DNA of 64,000 nucleotides from Squalus acanthias (GCA_030390025.1 CM059431.1:142478001-142542000), one strand, 5' to 3'. Positions 49,101-59,884 are shown, numbered from the stretch's first letter. Notes: generated by a model not told the origin, from the sequence alone. A program made the numbers and translations.

Positions 49101-51874
49101 TAGAGAAGATGATGAAACTAAAAAAGAGGGTGTATGATGCATGTCAGGTGAATTCTAAAAGGGAGAACGAGACCAAATACAATAAGTTGAGAGGGATGTG
49201 AAGATGAAAATAAGATTGTAAAAGAGAGAATATGAGGGTAGAATGGCGGTTAACATAAAAGGGAACCCAAAAATCTTCTACCGGCATGTAAACAGTAAGC
49301 GGGTAGTAAGAGGCGGGTTGGGGCCTATTACAAACAAAGAAGGTGATATATGCTTAGAGGGCAGGGCAAGGCTAGAATACTCAATGAGTACTTTGTATCG
49401 GTGTTTACTAAGGAGGTGAATGACGACAAAATATTGGTAGAAGTGGAAAAGGTAGAAGCAATGGAAGGGGTGAAAATTGATAGACAGGTTGTAGTAGAAA
49501 GGCTGGGTATGCTTAGAGTGGATAAGTCGCTTGGTCCAGATGGCTTGCTAAGGGAATTGGGGGAAGAGATAGCGGAAGGGCTTGCCATAATTTTCCAATC
49601 TTCCCTAGATGCGGGGGAGGTGCCTGAGGATTGGAAAGTGGCAAATGTTACACCATTGTTCAAGAAAGGGTGCAAGGACAATCCTAGTAACTACAGACCG
49701 GTCAGTTTATCAGTGGTAGGTAAAGATTTAGAAAAAATAATCAAGGAAAAAATTAATGGGCACTTGGGAGAGGTTTAAGCTAATTAAGGAGAACCAACAC
49801 TGGTTTGTAAAAGGTAGATCGTGTTTGACTAAACTAATTGAATTTTTTGATGAAGTAACAGGGAGGATTGATGAACGAAATGCGATGGATGTTGTCTACA
49901 TGGATTTTCGGAAGGCGTTTGACAAAGTACCACACGGAAGGCTGGTTAATAAAATTGAGGCTCATGGAATAGGTGAGTCAGTGACAGCTTGGATAAGGAA
50001 TTGGCTTTAGGACAGAAAACAGCGAGTTGTGGTAAATGGTTGTTTTTCAGACTGGAGGATGGTAGACAGTGGTGTTCCACAAGGGTCAGTGCTGGGGCCA
50101 CTGCTTTTTTTGAGATATACACGTAAAAATAAAAATGAACTGGATATTGGATACAGAGCAGAATTTCTAAATTTGCCGATGACACCAAACTTGGGGGTAT
50201 GGCAAACAGTGATGATGATATCAATCGACTGCAACAGGACATAGAAAGGCTAGCAGAATGGGCAGAGAAGTGACAGATGGAATTTAATACAGAGAAGTGT
50301 GAGGTGATGCATTTTGGCAAAAGGAACAGGGAGAGGCAATATACACTAATGTCACCGTTTTAAAGAGTGTGCAGGGACAGAGGGACCTGGAAGTTAATGT
50401 GCATAGGTCCCTGAAGGTGGCAGGACAAATTGAGAGTGTTTAACAAATATATTGGAATCTTGGGGTTCATAAATAGAGGTATTGAGTACACAATTAGAGA
50501 AGTTATGCTGAACCTTTATAAAGCGCTGGTTAGGCCATAACTGGAGTATTGCTTCCAGATCTGATCACCACACTTTAGGAAGGATGTGAAGGCCCTTGAG
50601 GGTGCAGAGGAGATTTACAAGAATGCTTCCAGGGATGGGGGATCTTAGCTACAAGGACAGGTTGGAGAAGCTGGAGGTTGAGGGGTGATTTGATAGAGGT
50701 GTACAAGATTATGACGGGTTTGGATAGGCTAGACGGTGAAAGGCTGTTCTAACCAGTTGATGATACAAAGATTAGGGGACACAGATTTAAGGTTTTGGGC
50801 AAGAGATACAGGGGGATGTGAGGGAAAACTTTTTGACGCAGTGAGTGGTGATGACCTGGAACTCGCTGCCGAGGAAGTGGTGGAAGCGGACACACACAAT
50901 ATTTTCAAGGGGAGACTGGATAGGCACTTGAGGGAAATAAACTTGCAGGGCTACGAGGATAGAGCGGGGGAATGGGACTGACTGGATTGCTCTGCAGAGA
51001 GCTGGCACGGACTCGATGGGCCGAATGGCTTTCTTCTGTGCCGTTATGACTCTAAGTCACACATCATCCCGACTTGGACATATATCGCCATTCTTTTGTC
51101 ATCACTGGGTCAAAAATCATGCAACTTCCTACCTAGCTGTTCCTGTTCCAACAGTTTTATCAGAACTGCAAGGTCATTGACCTGAAACGTTAACTCTGTT
51201 TCTCTCTCCACAGATGCTGCCTGACCTGCCGAGTATTTCCAGCATTTTCTGTTTTTATTTCAGATTTTAAGCATCCGCAGTATTTTGCTTTTCTATCTGT
51301 GCTATTGGTTCCGACAATGGTTATTTTCTGCTCACCTTTCCTTCTCAGAGATGGTCACACCCGTCCCACGATCTTCTTCCCTCTAGCAACAGGGAGGCAA
51401 TTTATCATTCGGGACATGCTCAGGGCTGCAGACGACTCTGTCCATTACGCTGACTATAATATCTCCCACCACTATCGCTCTCCTATTCCTGTGCCCCACC
51501 TGCCTCTCACCCCAGCCCCACTCGGGGGGGCTCCCTGGAGTCACACTGTTGCTCAGGAAGACCCTCCTCTGAGTCACTGTCTCCATCCACCTTACAGTCC
51601 CCAATACTAGGGATCTATTGGACAGTTCCAATACTCGGGGGCTCCCTCCACCTGTGACTGCGGTGTCCCTCTCGAGGGTCACTCACTTCCCTCTTTCTAT
51701 ACTCAGCCCCTGTCCTGTTCCCTCTTTCTGTGTGAGCTGCAGGTTCTTGCAGGAGATCTGGACCCTTTGTCAAGACAGAAATTGTATTTTACAGTATTTT
51801 GTGAACCTACCGGTGTCCATTCTCATTCTTGTTGAAGATGTTGGATCTTCTCCCCTGTTTGGATCTTCAGCCAT
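10020..51874 (-). CDS. NLR-family (CARD-like - FISNA-like - NACHT - LRR) innate immune receptor, NLRP3/NLRC3-like shark lineage expansion; 10 coding exons, 963 aa
   Basis: Exons joined manually: 51874-51811, 46993-46827, 35371-35200, 35093-35028, 28348-26611, 25060-24974, 24753-24583, 22814-22644, 10447-10280, 10107-10020. All junctions are GT-AG and phase-compatible; total 2892 nt with no internal stop seen. NACHT and LRR motifs are clear. Confidence 0.88.
10280..10447 (-). CDS. NLR LRR exon (168 bp)
   Basis: ccccag|G...CG|gtgagt; encodes [55 protein letters not shown]. Confidence 0.9.
11453..13054 (+). mobile_element. Second CR1-group LINE family (poly-A tailed), 3' part
   Basis: RT motifs [16 protein letters not shown] and [11 protein letters not shown]; ends in gcaataaatgctggc plus an A-rich tail. 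Confidence 0.85.
13813..18195 (+). mobile_element. Second CR1-group LINE family copy (endonuclease plus RT), split by a CR1
   Basis: Endonuclease motifs IYRPP and SDH; RT highly similar to 11453-13054; broken between 14480 and 16486. Confidence 0.85.
14481..16485 (+). mobile_element. CR1 LINE (innermost insertion)
   Basis: ORFs with [24 protein letters not shown] and [13 protein letters not shown]; (tatgttcg)n tail. Confidence 0.92.
18196..18393. repeat. Long inverted repeat (arms of about 95 bp, 7-nt spacer) made of CR1 3' sequence
   Basis: gtttgcaacagagttcgaaacttctaccactctgtgtg...aatgtttagacta GGGGGCA tagtctaaacatt...cacacagagtggtagaagtttcgaactctgttgcaaac. Confidence 0.95.
19092..20277 (+). 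mobile_element. Solo LTR (1186 bp)
   Basis: TGTAGG...CCTACA inverted termini, TATA-like aatataa at about 19681, AATAAA at 20121. It interrupts CR1 ORF1 at gcacgt|ggcactgg. Confidence 0.8.
21080..22487 (+). mobile_element. CR1 LINE 3' part
   Basis: Degenerate RT including [11 protein letters not shown], and a CR1 3' UTR. Confidence 0.9.
22644..22814 (-). CDS. NLR LRR exon (171 bp)
   Basis: tcccag|G...AA|gtaagt; encodes [56 protein letters not shown]. Confidence 0.92.
22935..24390 (-). mobile_element. L2 LINE 3' part
   Basis: PVLADLHWL and GGRAFS motifs; 3' end acaacaacatgtatttatatagcac. Confidence 0.88.
24583..24753 (-). CDS. NLR LRR exon (171 bp)
   Basis: Canonical 171-bp phase-2 NLRP-type exon; encodes [56 protein letters not shown]. 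Confidence 0.92.
24974..25060 (-). CDS. NLR LRR exon (87 bp)
   Basis: tttag|A...GT|gtaagt; encodes [28 protein letters not shown]. Confidence 0.9.
25870..26005 (-). mobile_element. Old tRNA-derived SINE head (Deu/SacSINE-like)
   Basis: The minus strand shows ctctgagtcagagggtcgtggattcagg, a B-box-like head. Very decayed. Confidence 0.4.
26611..28348 (-). CDS. NLR large exon: FISNA-like region, NACHT, helical domains and first LRR
   Basis: Walker A GVAGIGKT, Walker [12 protein letters not shown], sensor-1 VLVTSR, winged-helix FPHLTIQEF; acceptor taaag|AT and donor AG|gtaact. Confidence 0.96.
28815..29040. repeat. Degenerate tandem repeat, about 86 bp, about 3 copies
   Basis: Recurring ggttatctggg.tagtg.gggtactg.gagagggacagactgtgaa. 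Confidence 0.7.
30136..30846. repeat. 39-bp minisatellite, about 18 copies
   Basis: Unit tttcacagtgtatca(g/t)gatcctgccaggtgt(g/a)tatgggg. Confidence 0.97.
30850..34970 (+). mobile_element. CR1 ORF2 (endonuclease plus RT), decayed and split by a younger CR1
   Basis: VESVWVE and GVVYR endonuclease motifs, KSPG, RT C-terminus and 3' UTR. Confidence 0.9.
32626..33649 (+). mobile_element. CR1 3' fragment nested in a CR1
   Basis: 237-aa RT ORF (KKFADDTK) and (ttctatga)n tail; the host resumes at atgat|tagacagag. Confidence 0.88.
35028..35093 (-). CDS. NLR 66-bp linker exon
   Basis: taaacag|GT...ACAG|gtaagt, phase 1-1; encodes [22 protein letters not shown]. Confidence 0.8.
35200..35371 (-). CDS. 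NLR exon, second half of CARD-like domain
   Basis: tttacag|AAA...CCTG|gtacgg; encodes [57 protein letters not shown]. The LLxLVxxKG pattern is typical of CARDs. Confidence 0.85.
36060..36550 (-). mobile_element. Decayed L2 fragment
   Basis: Similar to the L2 3' region at 22935-23780. Confidence 0.55.
36575..37657 (-). mobile_element. Solo LTR-like element (1083 bp), sense to the NLR
   Basis: Termini TGAAGGGATAA...TTATTCCTTCA (10/11 inverted match). The minus strand has TATAAATA at 37183-37176 and AATAAA at 36927-36922. No clean TSD. Confidence 0.65.
37790..38190 (+). mobile_element. Penelope-type/MER6-like element 3' end containing a hammerhead core
   Basis: A pyrimidine-rich tract followed by ctgatgaaaggtcttcgacctgaaacgttaac...gatgctgcctg..ctgctgagt..ttccagcattttctg. 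Related copies occur at 51160-51292 and 60984-61176. Confidence 0.6.
38059..38095 (+). ncRNA. Minimal type-I hammerhead ribozyme motif
   Basis: agtt-CTGATGA-a-aggtc(ttc)gacct-GAAA-cg-TT-aact: core, stem II, 4-bp stem I and palindromic AACGTT helix III. Confidence 0.55.
38276..39347. repeat. Tandem repeat of about 79 bp (about 5 units) split by a CR1
   Basis: Unit ttcctgctgttcccctggggagtgacgttccacacccagagcacaggggcaggaaattacagactgaatgagctcaa; one unit lies before the CR1 and about four after it. Confidence 0.9.
38354..39062 (+). mobile_element. CR1 3' fragment
   Basis: 203-aa RT C-terminal ORF and (ttatg)n tail. Confidence 0.92.
40292..40925 (-). mobile_element. Older CR1 3' fragment
   Basis: (catagaaa)n tail and degenerate RT. 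Confidence 0.8.
40926..43925 (-). mobile_element. CR1 LINE interrupted by an opposite-strand CR1
   Basis: RT ORF with SKFADDTK; upstream part with KSPGPD and [10 protein letters not shown] at 43013-43357. Confidence 0.9.
41929..42803 (+). mobile_element. CR1 3' fragment (same family as 2355-4398)
   Basis: Intact RT C-terminal frame and ctctatgactc tail. Confidence 0.9.
44544..45465 (-). mobile_element. CR1 3' fragment
   Basis: RT C-terminal ORFs at 44629-45429. Confidence 0.92.
46040..46765 (+). mobile_element. Old CR1 3' fragment
   Basis: Degenerate RT C-terminus and 3' UTR ending ttgttcctatg. Confidence 0.7.
46827..46993 (-). CDS. NLR exon, first half of CARD-like death-fold domain
   Basis: ttcacag|AT...CAC|gtaagt; encodes [56 protein letters not shown]. 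Confidence 0.85.
47200..51053 (+). mobile_element. Near full-length decayed CR1 (ORF1 esterase plus ORF2)
   Basis: ORF1 CGKC/coiled coil and [13 protein letters not shown]2 GVFYRPP, SDH, NYRPVSL and [10 protein letters not shown]. Many frameshifts. Confidence 0.92.
51299..51760 (-). mobile_element. CR1 ORF1-like fragment (duplicated at about 57400-57990)
   Basis: IVVGD(S/I) esterase-like motif in ORFs 51383-51682 and 57528-57830. Confidence 0.6.
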
Positions 51875-51894
51875 GGTTTCCAGGTTCAGTTGTT
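51811..51894 (-). CDS. NLR start-codon exon copy A (ATG at 51874; [21 protein letters not shown])
   Basis: ttattacag acceptor, strong Kozak ACCATGG, and G|gtagg phase-1 donor matching the next exon. The 84-bp exon is open throughout. Confidence 0.7.
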
Positions 51895-52182
51895 CTGTAA
51901 TAAATATATTAATAGGAGGGTTAGACGGAAATATTAAAATGAGAAGGAGAACGTTCCCTTGTTACAGGATATCAAGTTCCTCCTCCCCATCAGTACAACA
52001 GCTGTTAGCTCTGGGATCGAGCATTTCCCGAGTGTTACGATCAACTCTCCACATCAGGTGTGACACAGACAGCTGCCCAGTGAAATCCAGTGAGTCCCGC
52101 TGATCCCCACAACCGAGTTCCAGACGGGCTCCCGTCGGACAAGACTCCGCACTGGGAGTGCCCATTGGTGAGATTTACTCAC

Positions 52183-52227
52183 ACAGTGCAGGCCAAAACC
52201 AGCCTTATTCCTGAGGTAGAGAATATT
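52183..52227 (-). other. Candidate 45-bp non-coding (5'UTR) exon of the NLR
   Basis: tttccctgcag acceptor and TGT|gtgagt donor about 290 bp upstream of start exon A. No transcript evidence. Confidence 0.3.
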
Positions 52228-52949
52228 CTGCAGGGAAATATGAAGCGGGTGATTGTTGATGAATTGAATAATCCACTACTCGGTTTTATTCACAGATTTG
52301 TGTTGAATGTTTTTGATTGAGTTTTGATATAAATTCTGGTAATTTATGAATATATCATCTATCCACATACACAATATGTAGCTGGGTGTGATCCCTCTGG
52401 TCTATATGGGCAGTGACATTGTCCGTGTGATCATGGAGATGTGTCCTGGTTGGTGCTTCAATTTCAATATATTGACCATATCTCTCATGGTGTCAGCACC
52501 TGACTAATGATCACTGTCGGGGGTGAGGACATTTACTGCTGTTCAACTAATATTAACACTAATGAGCAATGTTGTGAATCATGAAACTTTAAACAGTGAG
52601 GTGATGCTCAACATTGATTTGTGGAATATCTTTAGGGGTCTTGCAATCTCAGAAATGGCCACAAATATACAGGTGGTAGATTTGCCTGCTGTTTTACAGT
52701 GAATATTCTCCACTTGTGTGCATGTCTCGCTGTGAGTGTGTCCACACACGTGCGTCCAATCAAACTCTCAGTCAGCGTCCTTTCCTTCCCCCACTGAGGA
52801 AATGTAAAAGTGATTCAGTCTCAGATCAGTAATTTCTCCAAACTTTAGTTGAAGTTATTCTCCGGCATTAACTTATAACCCAGTTTGAGACCTTGGAAGG
52901 TTTAGTTATCTGCTGTGTCACTCACGCTGACACTGGTACAATAAACACA

Positions 52950-53400
52950 CAGCAACAACAACTTGTCCATCGAAACACATCGCAAGGTGCTTCACAGAAG
53001 CCAAGTACAACAAAAGATGGGCTCAGACTAAAGGAGGTAGAAGGAGGCGTGGTCAGAATGTTGGTCACAGCAGTGAGTTTCGGAGGGTTCTAAAGGAGGA
53101 GGGAGCTGGAGAGGTTTAGGTGGGGAATTGATGAACATTGAGCCGGGACAGCTGAAGGCACAGCCGCCACAGATGGGGGGAGGTGAGGGTGAAATGTCAC
53201 AAGAGGCCAGAGTCACAGGAATAGAGAGACCTTGCTGGTGGGGATTGTAGGGCTGGAGGAGCTTACAGAGACAGGAAGGGACAAGACCATGAAGGGATTT
53301 AAACGACAATGGGAGTTTTAATTTGTAGGTGCTGGGGGACCGGGAGTCAATGTAGGTTCGCAAGGACATGGATGATCCCTGAGCAGGGCTCTGATGCTCT
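52950..53400 (-). mobile_element. L2 3' fragment
   Basis: FKSLHGL and GGCAFS motifs. Confidence 0.7.
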
Positions 53401-53419
53401 TTGACACCTCACAATCCCA

Positions 53420-53715
53420 GACCCGCACCCCAATGACCGAGGCCCCGCACCCCACTGACCCGGCCCCGCACCCCACTGACCCGGCCCCGCAGCAACATAC
53501 CACTCACCCAGCCCCACACCCCACTGACCCACTGACCCAGCCCCACAACCCACTGACCCAGTCCCACAGCAACATACCACTCACCCAGCCCCACACCCCA
53601 CTGACCCAGCCCCACACCCCACTGACCCAGCCCCACACCCCACTGACCCAGTCCCACAACAACATACCACTGACCCAGCCCGACACTGACAATCCACTGA
53701 CCCAGTCCAACCCAC
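53420..53715. repeat. C-rich minisatellite, about 21-bp unit (relative at 59600-59742)
   Basis: Unit cccactgacccagccccacac. Confidence 0.9.
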
Positions 53716-53939
53716 AGTATGACAGTACTCCGTGTGTGGCACAAGATGGCGGGCACTCTAGGGTGTGGGGGCCCACAGGATGGCACTGTAGCTAGCCTGG
53801 CAAAAGGTTGCGGATGAGCTGAATGTTCTGTAAAGTATCTGCAGGATCCGAATGAGATGGAGTACAGCAAAGATCCTGGCTGGGTAGAATAGCCAAATCT
53901 GCGACTTATCGGGTTGATGAGGCAAGATTACAGTCTCCA

Positions 53940-54369
53940 CAACAACATCTTTCATTTATAAAGTGTCTTTAACGTAATGAGACGTTCCAAGGCACTTCGC
54001 AGGACCGTTAACAAACAAAATTTGAATCCGAGCCACATATTAGGACAGGTGACCAAAAGCTTGGCCAAAGAGGTAGGTTTAAGGAGCGTCTTAAGGGAGA
54101 GCGAGGGAATTCCAGACTTTAGGGCAGTAGAAGGCATGGCCACCAGTGGCGGAGTGATTAAAATCGGGGGTGTGCAAGAGGCCAAAATTAGAGGATCGCA
54201 GAGATCTCCAGGGTTTAGGGTTGGAGGAAGTGACAGAGATAGGGAGGGGCGAGGCCATGGAGGGATTTGAAAACAAGGATGAGAATTTTTTTTTTTTTTT
54301 TTTTTTTTTTAAATCGAGCTGTTGCCGGATCGGGTGCCAGTGCAGGTCAGAAAGCACACGGGTAATGGG
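53940..54369 (-). mobile_element. L2 3' fragment (duplicate of part of 59885-60635)
   Basis: LSDLHW and GGHAF motifs; same insertion point in both duplicated blocks. Confidence 0.8.
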
Positions 54370-54912
54370 TGCTTTCTATATCAGATCTATACAGACATGT
54401 CTCAGAAATGCTGCATCAAATTCATCAAATACAACTTGTCTACAGCTAATCTGTTCCAGACTCCCCTTTATCTCTAAATGTTCACTAATTCAACCTGGAA
54501 TTACAGATTGGAACAGCTTGCTCACCAATAACACACTAATTGGTCTGCAGTTACCCGGCTGATCCTCTCTCCCCATTTTAACAGAGACATTGTTTGGGCT
54601 CTTTCAATCCACCTGTATATTTCTGATATTATGAGGATTGAAAAATTGTGGTCAGAGTCCCTTTTATCTCCCCTCTGATTTCCTTTAACAGCCTGAGGTG
54701 CATTATTTCTGAGCCCAGTGACTTCTTCACTTCGGCTATTTTACTCAGATCCAAATCCTTCTCTACAGGTGATCTCTAACTATGGAGCCACATCCACCTC
54801 CTTTAGTACATCAACATTTTCACTTCCACCATCAAAGGAAATATTTTGTGTCTGCCCAAACCGTCACCCTCCATGAGTTTCCCCCCACTCCCCCTCTATC
54901 GCGCCTCCACTG

Positions 54913-55054
54913 TAACGTTCCCGCTAAGCTGCACGACCGCACAGTTATCTGGAGATCACGCACAGACTGCTTACCGGATTTTCTATGGTAGATTTGGCAC
55001 ATGCGCGAAATTGTGAATGGGCCTCGCACGCAAAAAAAATTTGGGGGAACATTG
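54913..55054. mobile_element. Small MITE-like element with terminal inverted repeats
   Basis: taacgttcccgctaa ... ttgggggaacattg imperfect TIRs. No TSD found. Confidence 0.45.
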
Positions 55055-55094
55055 CTATTTCCCTTCTTATTGCTGAACTGTGAACAAATGGATT

Positions 55095-56620
55095 ACATAG
55101 AATTACAAATATACAACACAGAAACAGGCCATTCGGCCCAACCAGTCCATTTATGCTCCACTCGAGCCTTCTCCCATCCTTCCTCATCTATCTATCAGCA
55201 TAACCCTCTATTCCCTTCTCCCTCACAGGCTTATCAAGCCTCCCCTTAAATGAATCTATACTATTCGCTTCAACCACTCCCTGTGGTAGCGAGTTCCACA
55301 TTCTCACCACTCTCTGGCTAAAGATGTTTTTTCGGAATTCCCTATTTGATTTCTTGGTGACTATCTGACATCGATGGTCTCCAGTTTTACTCTTCCCCAC
55401 AAGTGGAAACACTCTGTCTACTGTATCAAAACCTTTCATAATTTTAAATACTTCTAATAGGTCACCCCTCAACCCTCTCTTCAGGAGAAAACAGACCCAG
55501 CTTGTTCAAACTTTCTTGATAGGAAGAGCCTCGCAGTTTTGGTATCATCCTTGTAAATCTTTTTTGCACCTACTCCAGTGCCTCTATGTTTTTTCTATAA
55601 TATGGCGACTAGAACTATACACAATACTCCAAGTGTGGTCTAACCAAGGTTCGATACAAGTTTAGCAAAACCTCTACTTTTCAATTCTATCCCTCTACAA
55701 ATAAAACCTCGTGCTTGGTTTGCTTTTGTTATGGCCTTATTGACCTGCGTCTTAACTTTTAATGATTTGTGTATTTGTACTCGGAGATCCCTTTGCTCCT
55801 CTACCCCATATAGATTCTTATTTTCTAAGTAATATGTGACCTCCTTACTTTTCTTACCAAAATGTAATACATCACACTTATCCATGCTGAAATTCATTTG
55901 CCAATGATATGCCCATTCTGCTAGTTTATTAATGTCTTCCTGTAATGTATTGCAGTCCTCCCCAGTATTGACTATCCCTCCCAATTTGGTGTTGTCCACA
56001 AATTTGAGAAATTGTGTTTTTGATTCCAAACGCTAAATCGTTAATATAAATTGTGAACAACAGTGGTCCCAGCACTGATCCTTGTGGAACACCACTATCC
56101 ACCTTCTGCCACACTGAATAGCTACCCTTTACCCCTACTCTCTGATTCTGTCTTGCAGCCACCTAGCTATCCATTCTGCTACTTGTCCCCCGAATCCTCA
56201 TGCTCTCACCTTATACATTAGTTTATTATGTCGTACCTTATCAAAGGCATTTTAGAAATCTAGATATTTTACATCTACTACATTACCCCTGTCTACTCTC
56301 TCTGTTCCCTCTTCAAAGAATTCAATGAAGCTGGTCAAGCAAGATTTTCCCGTTTGAAATCCATGTTGACTATTCATTATTATATTTTTGTTTTCTAGAT
56401 GTTTTTATATTTTCTCTTTTAGTACAGATTCCATTATTTTTCCTACTACTGATATTATGCTGACTGGTTTATAGTTTCCTAGATATCTTCAATCCCCCTT
56501 CTTAAATATACGTAGAACATTAGCCACCCGCTAGTCCTCTGGCAGGACACCTTTTTCGAACGAATTATTCAAAACGTGTAATAGTGCCTTTTCACTATTT
56601 CCTTTTAAAATGCACGGATT
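55095..56620 (-). mobile_element. CR1 LINE 3' part
   Basis: [10 protein letters not shown] and MRGDLLEVFKI motifs. Confidence 0.9.
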
Positions 56621-58048
56621 CTATCTTAATATAGCCACAGGGACATCCTTGTGTTCAAAATATCTCTTTCATCCTTTGAGACGCTCCTTAAAACTTACCT
56701 CTTTGAAGAAGAGTTTGTTCACCTGTCCTAATATCTCTCTGTGGCTCGGTGTCACATTGTGTTTGATAACGCTCCTGTGAAGCGCCTTGGGACGTTTTAC
56801 TATGTTAAAGATGCTACAGAAATCCAAGTGTTTTGTTGTTCTTCTAATGCTGTCCTTTATTCATTCTCGCATCCACAATTACTTTTCTCTCTCCTGAAAA
56901 TGGTATGACCAGGAACATGTCTCTGAGTCCAGTGAAATCCCTGGCCCTGTCCTATCGATACTAAATCACATCTCATGCTTCTGACTTTCCAAATATCTTT
57001 GGAATGATTTGTACATTTACAGGCACAATATTCAATCCTAAATCCAATTCTTTGGAATGTTGACCCTTCTTTATTTTACTTTTTTTTTTAAACACCAAGT
57101 CACTTCATCTCTCACTACTCAAAAACAACCTTTCTTTTTCCTGCTAATAATTTTTCACTATTTCATAAATATTCTGTTTCAGCTCCAACAGTTTTATTAA
57201 TTCCGCTCTCTAGTCTCAGATGCGGATAATTCCCACCCTACAGTCATATCAGTTGATACGTCCCACTACTCCATTCACCTATTCTGTAAAACCATTGTTG
57301 TTGGTGGGTTCAGATCACGGCCGACCCTTCCCTTCTCCCCGAACTCACTCTAGGACCCCAAGAACATGAGCCCTTCCCTCCTGCTCCAGCCAAGCAGTCT
57401 CACATTGACCTGTCTCATTATTTCCCTCATACAGCGGCCCAGTGCAAAACAATCCAGAGATCACCACCTTGAGGCCTTGTCTTTAGTCTAGTGCCTCAGT
57501 CTCAATATTCCCTCTATAAACGTATTTCTATCCGTGGAACTGATTCCGACCATGGGTAATTTCTGCTCTCCTTCCCTTCCCAGAGATGTTCCCATCTTTT
57601 CCAGGATGCTCTTCTCTCTGGCACCAGGGAGGCATCTTACCATTCGGAACCTGCTCAGGGCTGCAGACGATTCTGTCCATGCATCTGACTACAGAATCTC
57701 CCACCACTATCGCTATTCTATTTTTGTTCCCCAGCTGCCTCTCACCCCCGCCCCACTGGGTGGCCTCCTGCTCCCTGGTTTCACACTGTTGCTCAGGAAG
57801 ACCCTCCTCTGAGTCACTGTCTCTATCCACCTTACGGCCCTCAATACCAGGTATCTATTGGACAGTTCCAGTACTCAGGGGCTCCCTCCACCTGTGACTG
57901 TGATGCCCCTCTAGAGGCTCACTCACTTCCCTCTTTGTACTCAGCCCCTGTCCTGTTCCCTTTTCCTGTGTGAGCTGCAAGTTCAGGCACTTGATCTGGT
58001 CCTTTTATCAGGACAGAAATTGTACTTTAAAGTATTTTGTGAACCTAC

Positions 58049-58144
58049 CTGTGTCTATGCTCAGGCTCCTGATCGTTAAAATATCTTCCTCCCAGTCTGG
58101 ACCTTCAGCCATGGTGTTGACAGGCGTTCCCAGATTCTGATGCT
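58049..58144 (-). CDS. NLR start-codon exon copy B, paralogous (ATG at 58112; MAEGPDWEEDILTIRSLSIDT)
   Basis: Same acceptor and donor context as copy A, ACCATGG Kozak, 96 bp, open phase-1/phase-1 frame, and the same 64 nt from ATG to donor. Confidence 0.6.
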
Positions 58145-58358
58145 CTGTAATAAATATATTAATAGGAGGGTTGGATGAAAATATTAAAATGAGAAGGAGA
58201 ACGTTGCCTTGTTAAACATAATATCAAGTCCCTCCTCCCCCATCAGTACAGCAGCTGTTAGCTCTGGGATCGAGCATTTCCCGAATCTTACGATCAACTC
58301 TCCACATCAGGTGCGACACAGACAGCTGCCCAGTGAAATCCAGTGAGTCCCGCTGATC

Positions 58359-59457
58359 TTGCGTGTGCATGTTGGCAGGCGCTGCAGACCCGAGCAGTTC
58401 ATCTCTATTGCCACTTGTTTCTCCACTTTTCCTTTTCTCTCTATCCCTCCCTCATCACTCTCTCCTGTCATTATGCTTCCTTTCATCTCTCCTCTCTCAG
58501 ATACACTGCCTTTCCAAATCCCGACACTAACCCTTCATTACTCTTCGACCATTCTACTCTCCTGCTGCCGTCCCAGGCTTGACTCCCTCTTAAATAAGTC
58601 TACAGCTTCCCTCTGTGCCTCTCTTGGCATCCTCTGAATCTCCCACCGTGGCACTCGTTGCTGCCTCCTCACGAGCAGCAACCCCAACTGTATTATGCGA
58701 CTCTCTCGTCGACCTTCTGCCCAGCCAGCCTGCTGGGGGCTAATCTTCTCAATCTCCTTCCCGTCCAACTCACCCCTCCCAAAGCAGACCGTGTGGACAC
58801 TGGCAGTGGGTCAGCCATCACCAAACCTCTCCCCATCTCCCTCCAGAATGTCCATTCAGCTGCGAACAAGGTCCTTGCCATCCATGAGCTTATCTAGGAT
58901 GACTGCATTGACATCATGGCCCTGATGAAAACTTGGCTGAGGGGTGATGACGCGTTACCCTTACATGAAGCCTCCCCGTGTGACTATATCTTCCACCACT
59001 TGCCCCGCCCAGACACCATAGGCAGTCTCATCACCCAATCACACCTTGGTCTTTCCCCCTACTCCTCCGCCACTTTCTCCTCCTTTGAGCATCTCACCTT
59101 ATTCCACAACTCTCACCTCATTTTAAATTCTCATTCTCTCCCGCCCACCCAAGTACCATTATAAATTTATCACCCTCAGCACCTGCACCGAGCGACTTCT
59201 CATCCTCGGTGATTTCAACCTCCATCTCAATTCATCATGGTCTCTGTCCTCTTGAACGGATATGGCGGACAACTGGTTTAGCCATTCGCCGCCAGATCTG
59301 GCTGGACCACATAAAGCATTATCGGGTCCTGCTGTCGTCTGCCAAAATTGCTCACTATTCCAGAACCTGGAATGCAAAGCTAAAAACCGGCTTCTCTTCT
59401 CCACTGCTAACCATCTTCTTAAACCCGTATCCCCGGTCTTCTCCACCCTCACCTCCT
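58359..59457 (+). mobile_element. L2 endonuclease-region fragment
   Basis: Pyrimidine-rich; LQNVHS, MALMKTWL and GDFN-like motifs. Confidence 0.7.
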
Positions 59458-59884
59458 TCGCTTCAACCACTCCCTGTTGCAGCGAGTTCCACATTCTCAC
59501 CACTCTCTGGCTAAACATGTTTCTTCTGAATTCCTATTTGATTTCTTGGTGACTATCTTATATCTTGCTCATCCACCCCATTGATACAGCCAAACACCGA
59601 AACCCCACTGAACCAGCACCTTCCCGCCTGCCCACCGACTTAGCCCCGCCCCTGGCCGACCCAGCCCTGCCGCCCCGCAGCCCCTCTGCCCCAGCCCCGC
59701 CGACCCAGCCCCGCAGCCCCTCCGACCCAGCCCCGCAGTCCCAGCTATTTGTGCTGTAAATTAATTGCAGGGTCCAGGGACTGATTCCGAATGACATGGC
59801 GTGCAGCAAAGATCCTGGCTGGATACGATAGCCAAATACCCGACCTATCGGGTTGATGAGGCAAGATTACAGGTCTCCATAATA

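Noticed and set aside
47200..51053. Active autonomous CR1
   Set aside because: Both ORFs carry multiple stops and frameshifts.
52790..52820. ETS/IRF/AP-1-like cluster (aggaaatgtaaaagtgattca) as the NLR promoter
   Set aside because: The matches are short and imperfect, and there is no TSS evidence.
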